From Takakia lepidozioides (Eukaryota > Plantae > Bryophyta): a DNA stretch of 64,000 bases. The notes below the pieces were generated by a model. The model made no database searches, had not been told where the DNA came from, and saw only the letters and a list, made by a program, of their open reading frames with translations. Below, piece after piece: positions 1 to 10,509 of the stretch. A program made the translations under genes and the position numbers. The stretch is taken from the NCBI GenBank assembly GCA_030704615.1, contig CM060734.1, positions 8,184,001 to 8,248,000 on the forward strand, read 5' to 3'. Positions within the stretch are counted from its first letter, which is position 1; the number at the start of each line of letters is the position of its first letter.

Positions 1-529
1 ACAGGTGAATTCACATTCCCTGAAGACACTTGTATGATTACATATCTCGGGGTGAATACAAAATGGTATGGAATCTATTTCATCATGCCAAAGTAGGATT
101 GCTTGGAGGCATGTTTTGATTCTGAAAAATTGCAGGCTGGGTCTTATGCCTTGCTTGATGCATGATTAAGGTAGGCTGCTGCTAATTATTTTGTCAACCC
201 AAGATGTTGTGCTTGAAGGGCATGTCTTGAATCTGTAATATTGCAGGCTGGTTTCACATACCCAAGATGTTTTGCTCTATGCATGTCTTGTTGTAATTGT
301 GATGCAAAGAAAGGGTATAACAGGCTGCAACAATCTGTTTTTTTCAGAAAGAACACAAGATCCTGCTTAATGCTTGTCTGTTGTCCTGACCTGTACATGA
401 ACAAACCCCGCCCCCTCCCACCCTGTTTTTTATTCAAGAATGATTGGGTTGATGTCAATTCATGGGAGGAAGCTTATGAAAAATGGAAATGTTAAGATGG
501 TGCCCTGTTTTGGGCTGTTATGTCTTTAA

Positions 530-1007
530 TTGACAATGACCCTAGTAGGTCTTGTCCATGTCTTGACATGACATAAATATCTTCCCACTCTCCCTCCTCT
601 CTCTTTTGTCTCTGTCCCTCTCGCTCTCTCTTCTTAACTTTTCTGCCCCCTCCTCCCCTCTCTGGTTTGTTTTGTTTTGTGAGCAGCACAAGAGAGGGAG
701 AGAGAAGGAGAGAGAGGGAGAGAGAGGGAGAGATCAGGAAACCAAAAATAAAATAAAATGGGGGGGGGGGGGGGGGGAGTGACTCAGCAGCAGCTACTGC
801 TGCTGCTCAGTCAGTCCCCCCCCCCCCCCCCACCTTTAAAAAAAAAAATTGTTGCCCCTCTCTCCCTCTCTTGTTTGTTTTGTTTTTTAAGCAGCACAAA
901 AGATAGGGAGAGAGAGGGAGAGAGGGGAGAGGGAGAGATCAGGAAACAAAAATAAATAAATAAATAAATTGGGGGGGCTGACTGAGCAGCTGCTGCTGCT
1001 CAGTCAC

Positions 1008-1040
<33 letters not shown>

Positions 1041-1140
1041 ATTTTTTTTTTTTTTTTTTCTTGCACCCTCTCTGGTGGGGCGGAGCTGAGAGCAGCAACA
1101 CTTACTGCTCTCAGCCCCCCACATGCTTTGTTTTTTTTTT
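530..1140. repeat. Low-complexity dispersed repeat (GA-rich tracts, GACTGAGCAGCTGCTGCTCAGTC quasi-palindromes between poly-G/poly-C runs)
   Basis: The same modules recur at 4160-4330, 6570-6630, 24530-24960 and partly 40260-40390. Confidence 0.7.
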
Positions 1141-1381
1141 GGATCTAGAATGTAGAGATTGTTTCCTGGTGAGGCCAACTTTTGGGTTTGCATGACAGGT
1201 GCCAGGCTTATAGGGAAAGAGAAGAAGTCCCCTGCCCCAAAGAAAGGGGCGGAGAACCCGTTTGCTCTGCCGGCACGTGTGACACGGGCTGGCGTGTCAC
1301 GGTTAACCAGTCCCGTCGACAGCCGCAGCCAGAGGGCTCCTCTGCCCCCTGAGGCCCCCCCCCCCCCCTCTTGTCCCCGTC

Positions 1382-3083
1382 TTGGATTCGTCAGGGGCCG
1401 GCTCAACCACCTCTGCTATTCGGGAGGTTGTTGCTGGGCCGGATGCTCAGTTGAGCACACCCCCGGCCACCAAGACGGGTGAGATGTACCTTGACAAGCG
1501 CATCACCCGTTCGGGGGCCCGGTTTGGGCAACTTTTGGATGTCACCCCTATACAGACCCCTTCCTCCACAGCGAAGGCCGCACTTGCCAAGGCCCAAGGT
1601 CAGGTTGAAGGGCCTCGGGAACTGGCGGTTCCTAGCCCAATGTTGATCATGAGGGAGGAGTTGACGAGGAGGGCCAATGAGGAGGCCGAGATAGCGAAGC
1701 ACCTCGAATTAGTCAAGCTAGGTGAGGGCTTCTACCCTGCTACGCATTGGAGGGGGGGGGGGGAGCTACGGGCCAGTTTGGAGCGGCCTAGCCGATCAAC
1801 GATGCCGCCCCCTCAGCCTGAGCGGTTAGCAAAGAAGGGCCTGGACTACGGGGCGGCGCCGCCGGCTATGGTCAACATCTGGAACCTATTTCTAGCGGCG
1901 CTCCGGGAGGGGATAGCGCGGGGACTCCTGCCACATCGGGTGACACCGGGCCCGAGTTGGCCAAGCTTGCAAAGGTACAACCGTCGCACCTTGCCCATTC
2001 CATGTTTTGTCATTTCCTTTGCATGCATGTATTTCTTTCTTGTTTGTTTCTTTTTTGAATTGGGGGGGGGGGGGGGGGGGGGTATTCGTCTTCAGGAGGC
2101 AGAGACATTCTTGCCGGTTGGGTGTACTCCCGTGGGGTTGCCAATGAGGCAGAGCACATGGTGTTGATGAAGGACCCGAACACCAAAGGTAAGAAGAAGA
2201 GGCCTCGACCTCCCGAGGTCCCTTTTACCATCAATGAAGGGGCTGCCGAGGAGAGAGAGAGGAGGGAGAGGGAGAAGGAGAGAGAGGAAGTAGCGGGGAA
2301 GGGGAAGGAGATAGTCGTGGAGAAGGGGAAGGAAAAGAAGAAGAGGAAGAAGTCCCATGGAGACGACGGGGTGGGTGTGCGTGCGGGGGAGGGCAGTGGG
2401 GTAACAAAGGAGGTGGGGAAGGAGCTTGCAAAGAAGGGAGAGGGTGGGAAGAAGAAGAAGAAATCCCGGGGGATAAAGGAGGTGGCCTCGGCAAAGATCG
2501 TTGTGCCACCGGTGGAAGTCAATAAGCATGGTGACCCATGCGGCGCGTTTTGGGCGGCTATGAAGGGGCCAGCCTTCGAACTCGCAGCGGCGTGGTTCCC
2601 TTGGCACATCGAGTGGGGTGATCAGCACTATGGCCAGAAGCGCAAGTATGCCCGCCTTGAGAAGCACGAATCCACACACAAGTGGGGCCCCGGCGGATCG
2701 AGGGGTTTTATCCTCCGATTTGTAAGTCATACTTCCCTATGTATTTTGTTATGTCTTCTTTCAGGCTCCATCATCATGAGAAACTGACTTAATTTGTGGC
2801 ATGTGTAGGAAACCACGTTTGAGAGGTTGTCATCTCCGGTAGAGTACGACTACACCAAGGAGCATGGTTGGCAATCCCTCATGACCAACATGGCCAAGAC
2901 GGAGGGGATGAGTGCACTACAAGGCACTAGTATGGCTATGGCCAGGGATTGGATGAGAGCTCTGTGGGAGTTAGGGGAACGCCGCCTGGTTTACGTGCTC
3001 AGGCGAAGGGCGCGGAGTCATCAGGCTCATCGGATAGCTATGACTCCTCCTCTGACGATGAGGATGAGGATGAGGATGAGTAG
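1382..3083 (+). pseudogene. Spliced hypothetical gene, probably element-borne; Lys/Glu-rich middle and acidic DE tail
   Basis: ORFs 1382-2167, 2122-2787 and 2827-3129 can be linked by GT-AG introns at 1975-2095 and 2722-2808, with small frameshifts. Ends DSSSDDEDEDEDE-TAG, with AATAAA at ~3250. No family recognised. Confidence 0.45.
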
Positions 3084-3359
3084 TCCCAGTCCATGTAGGT
3101 CCCAGGGTCAGTCTATTGAACCCTTGTGAGCAAAGAATTCAGCTCATTGCTTGTAAATATATTTCCATTTGTACATATATTTTCATCTTCCATCTTATTC
3201 ATATGTCGCACCGGCCTCACCCTCGATTCATGCTTGCTTGAACCAATGCAATAAACAAAATTGAGTACCCATTCAATCAAAGCAATGGAAGCTCTAATGT
3301 CTTCCAACACCCAAGAAAGAAATCAGGGAAAAACACTAAATCACCCCCAATTCACCCCC

Positions 3360-3678
3360 CAAAATGCCCCCACCACCCGCATTGCCACCCCAGGGTGTCG
3401 CTTGGGCCAGCGCCCTTGTGACGGGTTTTTTAGGCTTGCCACGGATGGGGGTCGCAACTAGCCACGGCCGGGCGTGGCTAGCAGCAACGCAGTGGCAAGG
3501 CCGGACCCCCCCCCCCCCGTGCGACGGGTTTTTCTTCTATGCGACGTTCGGGGGTGGCTAGCTGCGACGCCTCGGCATCCCTGAGCCCAACACAAGGCCT
3601 CCCCCACCTGTTTGTTTTTTGTAAAAAAAAAAAAAAGGCACCCAGCCACCCCTAGGCGTCGCAAGTAACCACGCCCCC
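3360..3678. repeat. GC-rich cluster of short inverted motifs (GTCGCA/TGCGAC, GTGGCTAG/CTAGCCAC), subterminal-repeat-like
   Basis: Motifs recur in both orientations and stop abruptly at the junction with another repeat at 3679. Confidence 0.5.
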
Positions 3679-3844
3679 CGAACTTTGATTTTCAGCTGTA
3701 GCAAGAAATAAAGGTATAGGGGTATTCTGGAAAACTTACCAGACATATCCACCTCCCCTTTGGGGCAAGCTGTGCTGCAGACCAGTCTAAAACAAATACT
3801 GGCAGGGCAAGATATTTAAATCTGTGATGTCCAAGTGTTCTTCT

Positions 3845-4215
3845 TGTTCTTTTTGTTTTGGAAAAAAAACCCTCCATGACACCCATGGGGTTTGAGTAAG
3901 TATGCTTGGACTACAGCTTGCGGACAGTAAATCTGTATGACCATTTGACCTGCAACACATCAAGGGGGGTGAATGCATCCCCCTCTGAATGTGTATCATG
4001 ACTGGGTCAATCAACATCAGTGGCATACTCTTTGGGTTATGAATAATACTGACATGAACACATTATTGTGCATGGATGTAATTCTGGATTTTCTAAGCTT
4101 GATGATTGATGGATGGTGCCACTGTTAAGTGGCTGATATGTCTGATTATTCTTTCATGACAACGACCCTAGGGGTCCTGTCCTTGTCTTGACATGACAAA
4201 AAGTATCTTCCCTCT
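3845..4215 (+). repeat. Direct duplication, near-identical to 6236-6628
   Basis: tgttctttttgttttggaaaaaaaaccctccatgacacc...cttccctctct is present twice with few differences. Confidence 0.9.
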
Positions 4216-4460
4216 CTTTTGTCTCTCTCCCTCTCCCTCTTTTTTTTTAAACTTTTCTGCCCCCTCTCTCCCTCTCTTGTTTTTTTTTTTTTAAGGAGCA
4301 CAAAAGAGAGGGAAGATAAATTTGTCATGTCAAGACAAAACAAGGACAAGACCCCTAGGGACTTTGTCCATAAAAGAAGAGACATGTCAGCCACTTTACA
4401 GTGGCACCATCCATCAACCATCAAACTGAAAAATCCAGGATTTCTTTCATACATCACATG
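4070..4460. repeat. Imperfect inverted repeat (arms ~4070-4220 and ~4300-4460)
   Basis: gatggatggtgccactg...gtcttgacatgacaaa matches the reverse complement of tttgtcatgtcaagac...cagtggcaccatccatc. Confidence 0.8.
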
Positions 4461-5649
4461 GATTGTATGACATTGTTTTACAAAAAACCACAGGGCATGT
4501 TACCATAATGATTCAACATTTACAAGAATCAAAGTAGCACCAGGTAAGGGTGGGATGGTGGGCTCTCATCCATATCATGCATCCATATAATTGCAAGATT
4601 TTATTATATAAATAGCTGGTACTGTGTAACATGTCAAACCTTGTCTGGTGACAATGAGTTGTAATTCAGGTGTTCCCAAAGTCACCACAAGGGTGTCATT
4701 CTGGTTTCTAAGCCTTAAAAAACAGAGCCAAGCTGAAAGCCCTAAACATGGAAAGAGCCATTACAAGTCATTTCCAGGGCTGGAATTCAGGTGTTCATAG
4801 TAACTTCACATGGGTAACATGCTTGTTTTTAGGCTCTTGAATCAAAACCATGTTGACAGCCCTCATAAGGAAAGGAAACATCACTGGTATAATCATTTCA
4901 GTTTGCCCCTAATACCTTCAAGGCTGGTGTCCATAGGCTGGGATCCCATTGAACTTAATAAAACCCCATGGGTATCATGCTGGTTAGATTTCATGTTTGG
5001 GCTTGGGTACCTCAGATTTATATAACCCTTCATGCCAATATTCATTTAAACTGGTACATAAGACAGCCTGGACAAAGGGATCAAGTACCGATGCCTTATC
5101 ATCCCAAGTCAACAATGCCTATAAACTGTAGCAAAAGGCCATGGTTTGGCAAAGAATAACTCTGACAGCCCTCATAAGGGGAGGGAGTAACACTGGTAAA
5201 GTGTTGCCCCAACAAACTTAATCATTGCTACGGGCTGTAAATCATATTTTATGATTCAGCCAAGCAATACATACATCACCACAACAAGGATAACAAGGGG
5301 GGTAGGACAGATCTATTAATCATTTCCAGATTGCCCCAAAGCCCTTACCACAGCAAAAAAACAAAGCAGGGAATGGACATAACTGGTGGGCTGCACTTAC
5401 ATTGCCCCAAAACAGGGAGCCAGCCCTGTCCACCATTTCCAGATTGCCCAAATCCTATACAACTGTTGCAGTAGTAGTTCATGATCCAAGAGACATCACC
5501 ATACTACATTTTCACTTACCCGTTTTTACACCGTACCATCCCCTTTTGTTGGCTTTCAAAGATCAAAAAACCATTTATGCCAGTGTCATTTTGCATTGGC
5601 ATCCAAGTGGTTATAGACATTTTTCTTCATCAACCATGGTCTAAGCTCC

Positions 5650-6236
5650 CAGCTTATGCAAGACCTCATTTAGCTAGGGCATGCAAGGTAATTTTTTCCA
5701 TCATTGGTACCCAAGAGGTTTCAGCCAAGAGCAAAAGCAGCCCTTGTATGTTTAACCTAACAGGCTGGCGGCAATGCACACTAAGGGCCTGAAAATAGAT
5801 GTGTGTGTCCCACACAAATCATCATAACCAGCACGCAAGCAAACAGGGGCCCTCCAAAACCAAGGATTTACCCTAATTTCACTTCTTGTTCAAAAGCAAA
5901 GCAAAGAGATTGGATCATGGAAAACTCATAGAGTAGATAGTTTTCCAGATTCCATGATGAATCCACAGCAGGCTGCCACCTTCCCTCCTCTGCAACTCCT
6001 TGGTATTCTGCAACCCTTAGCAATCAGCATATTAAGTGGAAGCCCTCACCTGTGCCCGTCCCAAAAACCACCACAAAACAAAATTTTGTGTGTTAGTGAG
6101 GATGCACGAGGTGAATGGCAGGCTTCCACACTTGCTATCGAGGTCAAATACACATCATGCAAAGCACAGAGAACACCACAAAGTACAGGAAACATCACAA
6201 ACAGAAAAATAGAACCTTTTTAACTATTTGGGGGAT
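5650..6236 (+). repeat. Dispersed repeat family Rep-A, copy 1 (partial)
   Basis: Colinear with 9900-10495 and 23000-23700; shares the conserved hairpin core. Confidence 0.75.
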
Positions 6237-6904
6237 GTTCTTTTTGTTTTGGAAAAAAAACCCTCCATGACACCCATGGGGTTTGAGTAAGTATGCTTGG
6301 ATTACAGCTTGCGGACAGTAAATCTGTATGACCATTTGACCTGCAACACATCAAGGCAAAAATATGGCCAAGTACCCGCCATCCCACCCAGACATCTGAA
6401 TGTGTATCATGATCATGACTGGTGGTCAATCAACATAAGTGGCATACTCTTTGGGTTATGAATAATACTGACATGAACACATTATTGTGCATGGATGTAA
6501 TTCTGGATTTTCTAAGCTTGATGATTGATGGATGGTGCCACTGTTAAGTGGCTGATATGTCTGATCATGACAACGACCCTAGGGGTCCTGTCCTTGTCTT
6601 GACATGACAAAAAGTATCTTCCCTCTCTCACTGTCCAATATGCGTAGTGGTTTCTGCATACACTATCCATTGATTACCATGCTGATTTTCCAGCCTTTGT
6701 GCAGAACCCCACCAAGATCACTCCGGAATGGATTGATGAACTGCAGACCTTGGGGTACTAGCTCCGGCTGCTTCCTCCAATCCTTGTTATTCAAGCTGTG
6801 CAACCATGGTTTATACCAGGTATGTTTTTTTCCAGCAGACCAATGGTTTGGGCATGGAGAATAGATAAGCACAGGGCATAACAGACTTATAAATTATGAT
6901 ATTA

Positions 6905-7310
6905 TGAGCTAGGCCTTGGTAAGACAGTATACTCGAGTATATGTACACACCTTCTACATGATCCAGTCACTGTACATTACTCTTACTAACTGTCCCCTGT
7001 AGCCAATGCCTTATATCAATATTTAGTTTGTCTTCGGCTCAAATGCTTTTTGGCTTCTCCTAGATGTGGCTTTGCTCTTAGTAGAACCACACAAACAGAC
7101 CCCTAAATGTTGCTATCATGAGCTAGGCCCTAGTAAGACAATATACTGGAGCATATGTACACACCTTCTACATGATCCGGTCACTGTACATCGTTCTTGC
7201 TAACTGATCCCCTGTAGCCAATGCCTTATGTCAGAATTTAGTTGATCTTCGGCTCACATGCTTTTTGGCTTCTCCTGGATGTGGCTTTGCTCTTTGTAGC
7301 ACCACACAAA
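6905..7310 (+). repeat. Tandem duplication, unit ~213 bp
   Basis: atgagctaggcc...accacacaaa starts at 6905 and again at 7118. Confidence 0.9.
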
Positions 7311-7711
7311 AATGTCGGCACTCGGGTGTGATTTTTTATAGCCTAAATATGGTGTGTCCTTTTCCTTGAAAGCAAATATGCTTGTGATGGTGGAGTTCAC
7401 AAAAAACCAGAGTAAGTAAATACCATGGTTTCTTACACTTGTGATTTCTTCAATAACTAGTTCCTTTTGGGGTCTATGCTTAGTACATACCCCAGCAATA
7501 TGCTCGATTTCATATGCTTGTTCTGATTACCCAGATTGAATAAGGGATAGCTTGATAATCCTCTATGGTACACCTTTCAAAGGATTTGCTAATGAGCAGG
7601 GAGAGGTTACCCTTTTGGAGAAGGAGTCTGGTATGCACTCCCTTAAAGGGTGAATGTATACCACACTCACTCCGTAAGGGCCTGCCATACCAGGGGTTGG
7701 ATGGTGGGATT

Positions 7712-9521
7712 CCCTCTCTCTCCCTCTGGAAACTGGGTTTATGGAATTGTTGTCCCGACTTCCATTTTTGAAAAAATTGAAAAAATTGGGTTGCAAGGAA
7801 TTTTGGATGTTTTTCATCCAAAATACATTTTTTTTCCTAGTGAAACATTTCTTCACTAAATACCTGTGAGGTTTTTTGCTTCATCCGAACATCAAACCGG
7901 AATATACTGATTGCAAAACTCCCGTCAGTTTTTTCAATCCAACCTGGATGAAAAAAAGACTTCATCTGACAGGACCTAAATACGGGGCAAGACAGGTATA
8001 AAAAAGTTTTTTAAAAAAAAACCCCCCGATATTTTTCATCTAACCTAGATGAAAAGCGGACTGCATCCGTCGAGTTCAAGACAGGATGAACGCACGATGT
8101 CTTTCATCTTCCACGAATGAGAAACGGACAACGTCCGTCGGACGTACAGGCTGGCGGATATTTTTCATCTTGAGAAGGATGAATGACGAGCCAGACAGGA
8201 GAAAACCCTGCGCAACCCTAATGTCTTTCTTTTTGCGCTGCGAGAGCGCGCGCGATGGCGGCTTGGGAGGAGCGATGGTGCTCGTGCTGCAGATACCTTG
8301 AGCTGCCAATCCTTGAGTGTTTATGGTCATGTGAGCGCCGCCTAGGCGGGCTCTTTAAGGCGATGGCGGTGGCTTAGAGATGAGGGAAGATTCACTGTCT
8401 CTGTTGTCTGTTTTTTTGCTGCACAAGGGAACCGCGGCAGTGATGGCGAAGGTACCACCTGCATGCTTATGACGTTTCCCTAGGAGCCCTCCTCTGGATC
8501 TTTGATGAATGGTGGCGTCTTAGTAGAACAAGGAAGTCTCTCTCCCTCCCTTTATAAACCCTACATTTTGAGACCAAGCTTTTTTTTCTTGTGCTTGGCA
8601 AGACTTTGCTTTGGTTAAGGTAGCAGTGTTGTGGTGCTGGCGGAGTCCTCCCTCCATGGTTAGGCTTATGGAGAGATGGTGACTCTCCCCCAAACAGTAA
8701 AAAAAGGTTCTTTTTCTGTTTGTTTTGCTTCCCTGCTTTCTTTGGCATTCTCTGCGCTTAGATTGAAGTGTATTTGACCTCGATAGCAAGTGTGGAAGCC
8801 TGCTACTCACCTCGTGCATCCTCACTAACTCACAATGCGTTGTGGTTGTTTTTGGGACGGGCACAGGTGAGGGCTTCCACTTAATATTCTGATGTCTAGG
8901 TGCTGCTGGATGCCAAGTAGGATTGCAGAGCAGGGGAAGAAATTGCTTGCCAGGGACTCATCTTAAAATGTTGAAAAACTAAAGTACTCTATGGTTTTTC
9001 TTGATCCTACCTCTTTCATTCCTTTATTTTTGAAGAACAAGTATAATGCTTTCTACGATGGGCTATTTTCGGCCCAGCCAATGGAAGACCTTTGCTTTGT
9101 TGTGACAGCCGGGTTTATGATGGCTTGTGTGAGAGACACACATCTGTTTTCCAGGCCCTAGTTTGCTTTGCTTACCTTATGGTAGTTAGAAACAATTTGA
9201 GAGGCTGCAAGGAACTGTTTGTTGCAGCTATTCGGGTACCCATGTTGGCCCCTGTTATGTTCCAACCCGGATGGCTTTGTTAGCTAGATGCTTAGGCCAG
9301 GGTATGGTGAAGATTCTGCCTGTGGATATTTGGCTGACAATGAAATATGGCAGCAATATAACTGGTAACTGGTTTTTGAGGCAGCCAGGGTGGTCAAGTG
9401 GAAATACCCCGTGGACATGGTGTAATGACATGGTCAAATGTGGAATGATGTGAATAGGATGTACTGACAGTATTATGTACTGTCACATGATGTGTATGCA
9501 GTCCTTTATCTTTACCTTGCT
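7712..9521 (-). repeat. Rep-A copy 2 (inverted), with GGATG/CATCC motif cluster at 7800-8190
   Basis: Reverse complement aligns with 22140-24530 along its length. Confidence 0.8.
8757..8900 (+). ncRNA. Candidate structured RNA (long hairpin with C/D-box-like ends); other copies on the - strand at 6016-6164, 10280-10422 and 23484-23629
   Basis: GTGGAAGCC/GGCTTCCAC, TCACCT/AGGTGA and GTGC/GCAC stems, apical CACAA/TTGTG. Terminal stem covaries between copies. G-U pairs define the strand. CTGA at the 3' end. Confidence 0.4.
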
Positions 9522-9656
9522 CCCTACTAGTATTTGTTTAGACTGGTCTACAGCACAGCTTGCCCCCACAGGGGAGGTGGATATGTCTGGTAAGTTTTCC
9601 AGAATACCCCTATACCTTTATTTCCTGCTACAGCTGAAAATCAAAGTTCGTGACCA

Positions 9657-10508
9657 AGCAAGGTAAAGAGAAAGGACTGCATACACATCATGTGACAGTA
9701 TATAATACTGTCAGTACATCCTATTCACATCATTCCACATTTGACCATGTCATTACACCATGTCCAGGGGGTATTTCCACTTGACCACCCTGGCTGCCTC
9801 AAAAAACCGGTTACCAGTTATATATTGCTGCCATATTTCATTGTCAACCAAATATCCACAGGCAGAATCTTCACCATACCCTGGCCTAAGCATCTAGCTA
9901 ACAAAGCCATCCGGGTTGGAACATAACAGGGGCCAACATGGGTACCCGAATAGCTGCAACAAACAGTTCCTTGCAGCCTCTCAAATTGTTTCCAACTACC
10001 ATAAGGTAAGCAAAGCAAACTAGGGCCTGGAAAACAGATGTGTGTCTCTCACACAAGCCATCATAAACCCGGCTGTCACAACAAAGCAGAGGTCTTCCAT
10101 TCGCTGGGCCAAAAATAGCCCATCGTAGAAAGCATTACACTTGTTCTTCAAAAATAAAGGAAGGAAAGAGGTAGGATCAAGAAAAACCATAGAGTACTTT
10201 AGTTTTTCAACATTTTAAGATGAGTCCCTGGCAAACGATCATTTCCCCTGCTCTGCAATCCCACTGGCATCCAGCAGCACCTAGACATCAGAATATTAAG
10301 TGGAAGCCCTCACCTGTGCCGTCCCAAAAACAACCACAACGCATTGTGAGTTAGTGAGGATGCACGAGGTGAGTAGCAGGCTTCCACACTTGCTATCGAG
10401 GTCAAATACACTTCAATCTAAGCGTAGAGAATGCCAAAGAAAGCAGGGAAGCAAAACAAACAGAAAAAATACCCTTTTTTAACTGTTTGGGGGAGAGTCG
10501 TCATCTCT
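9657..10508 (+). repeat. Rep-A copy 3; right arm of an ~850 bp inverted repeat with 8672-9521
   Basis: Near-identical reverse complement of 8672-9521; ends at the LINE junction. Confidence 0.9.
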
Positions 10509-10509
10509 A

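Noticed and set aside
8860-8882. miR477-like sequence (..GGCTTCCA)
   Set aside because: Only the last ~8 nt match as I recall that miRNA; the rest does not.
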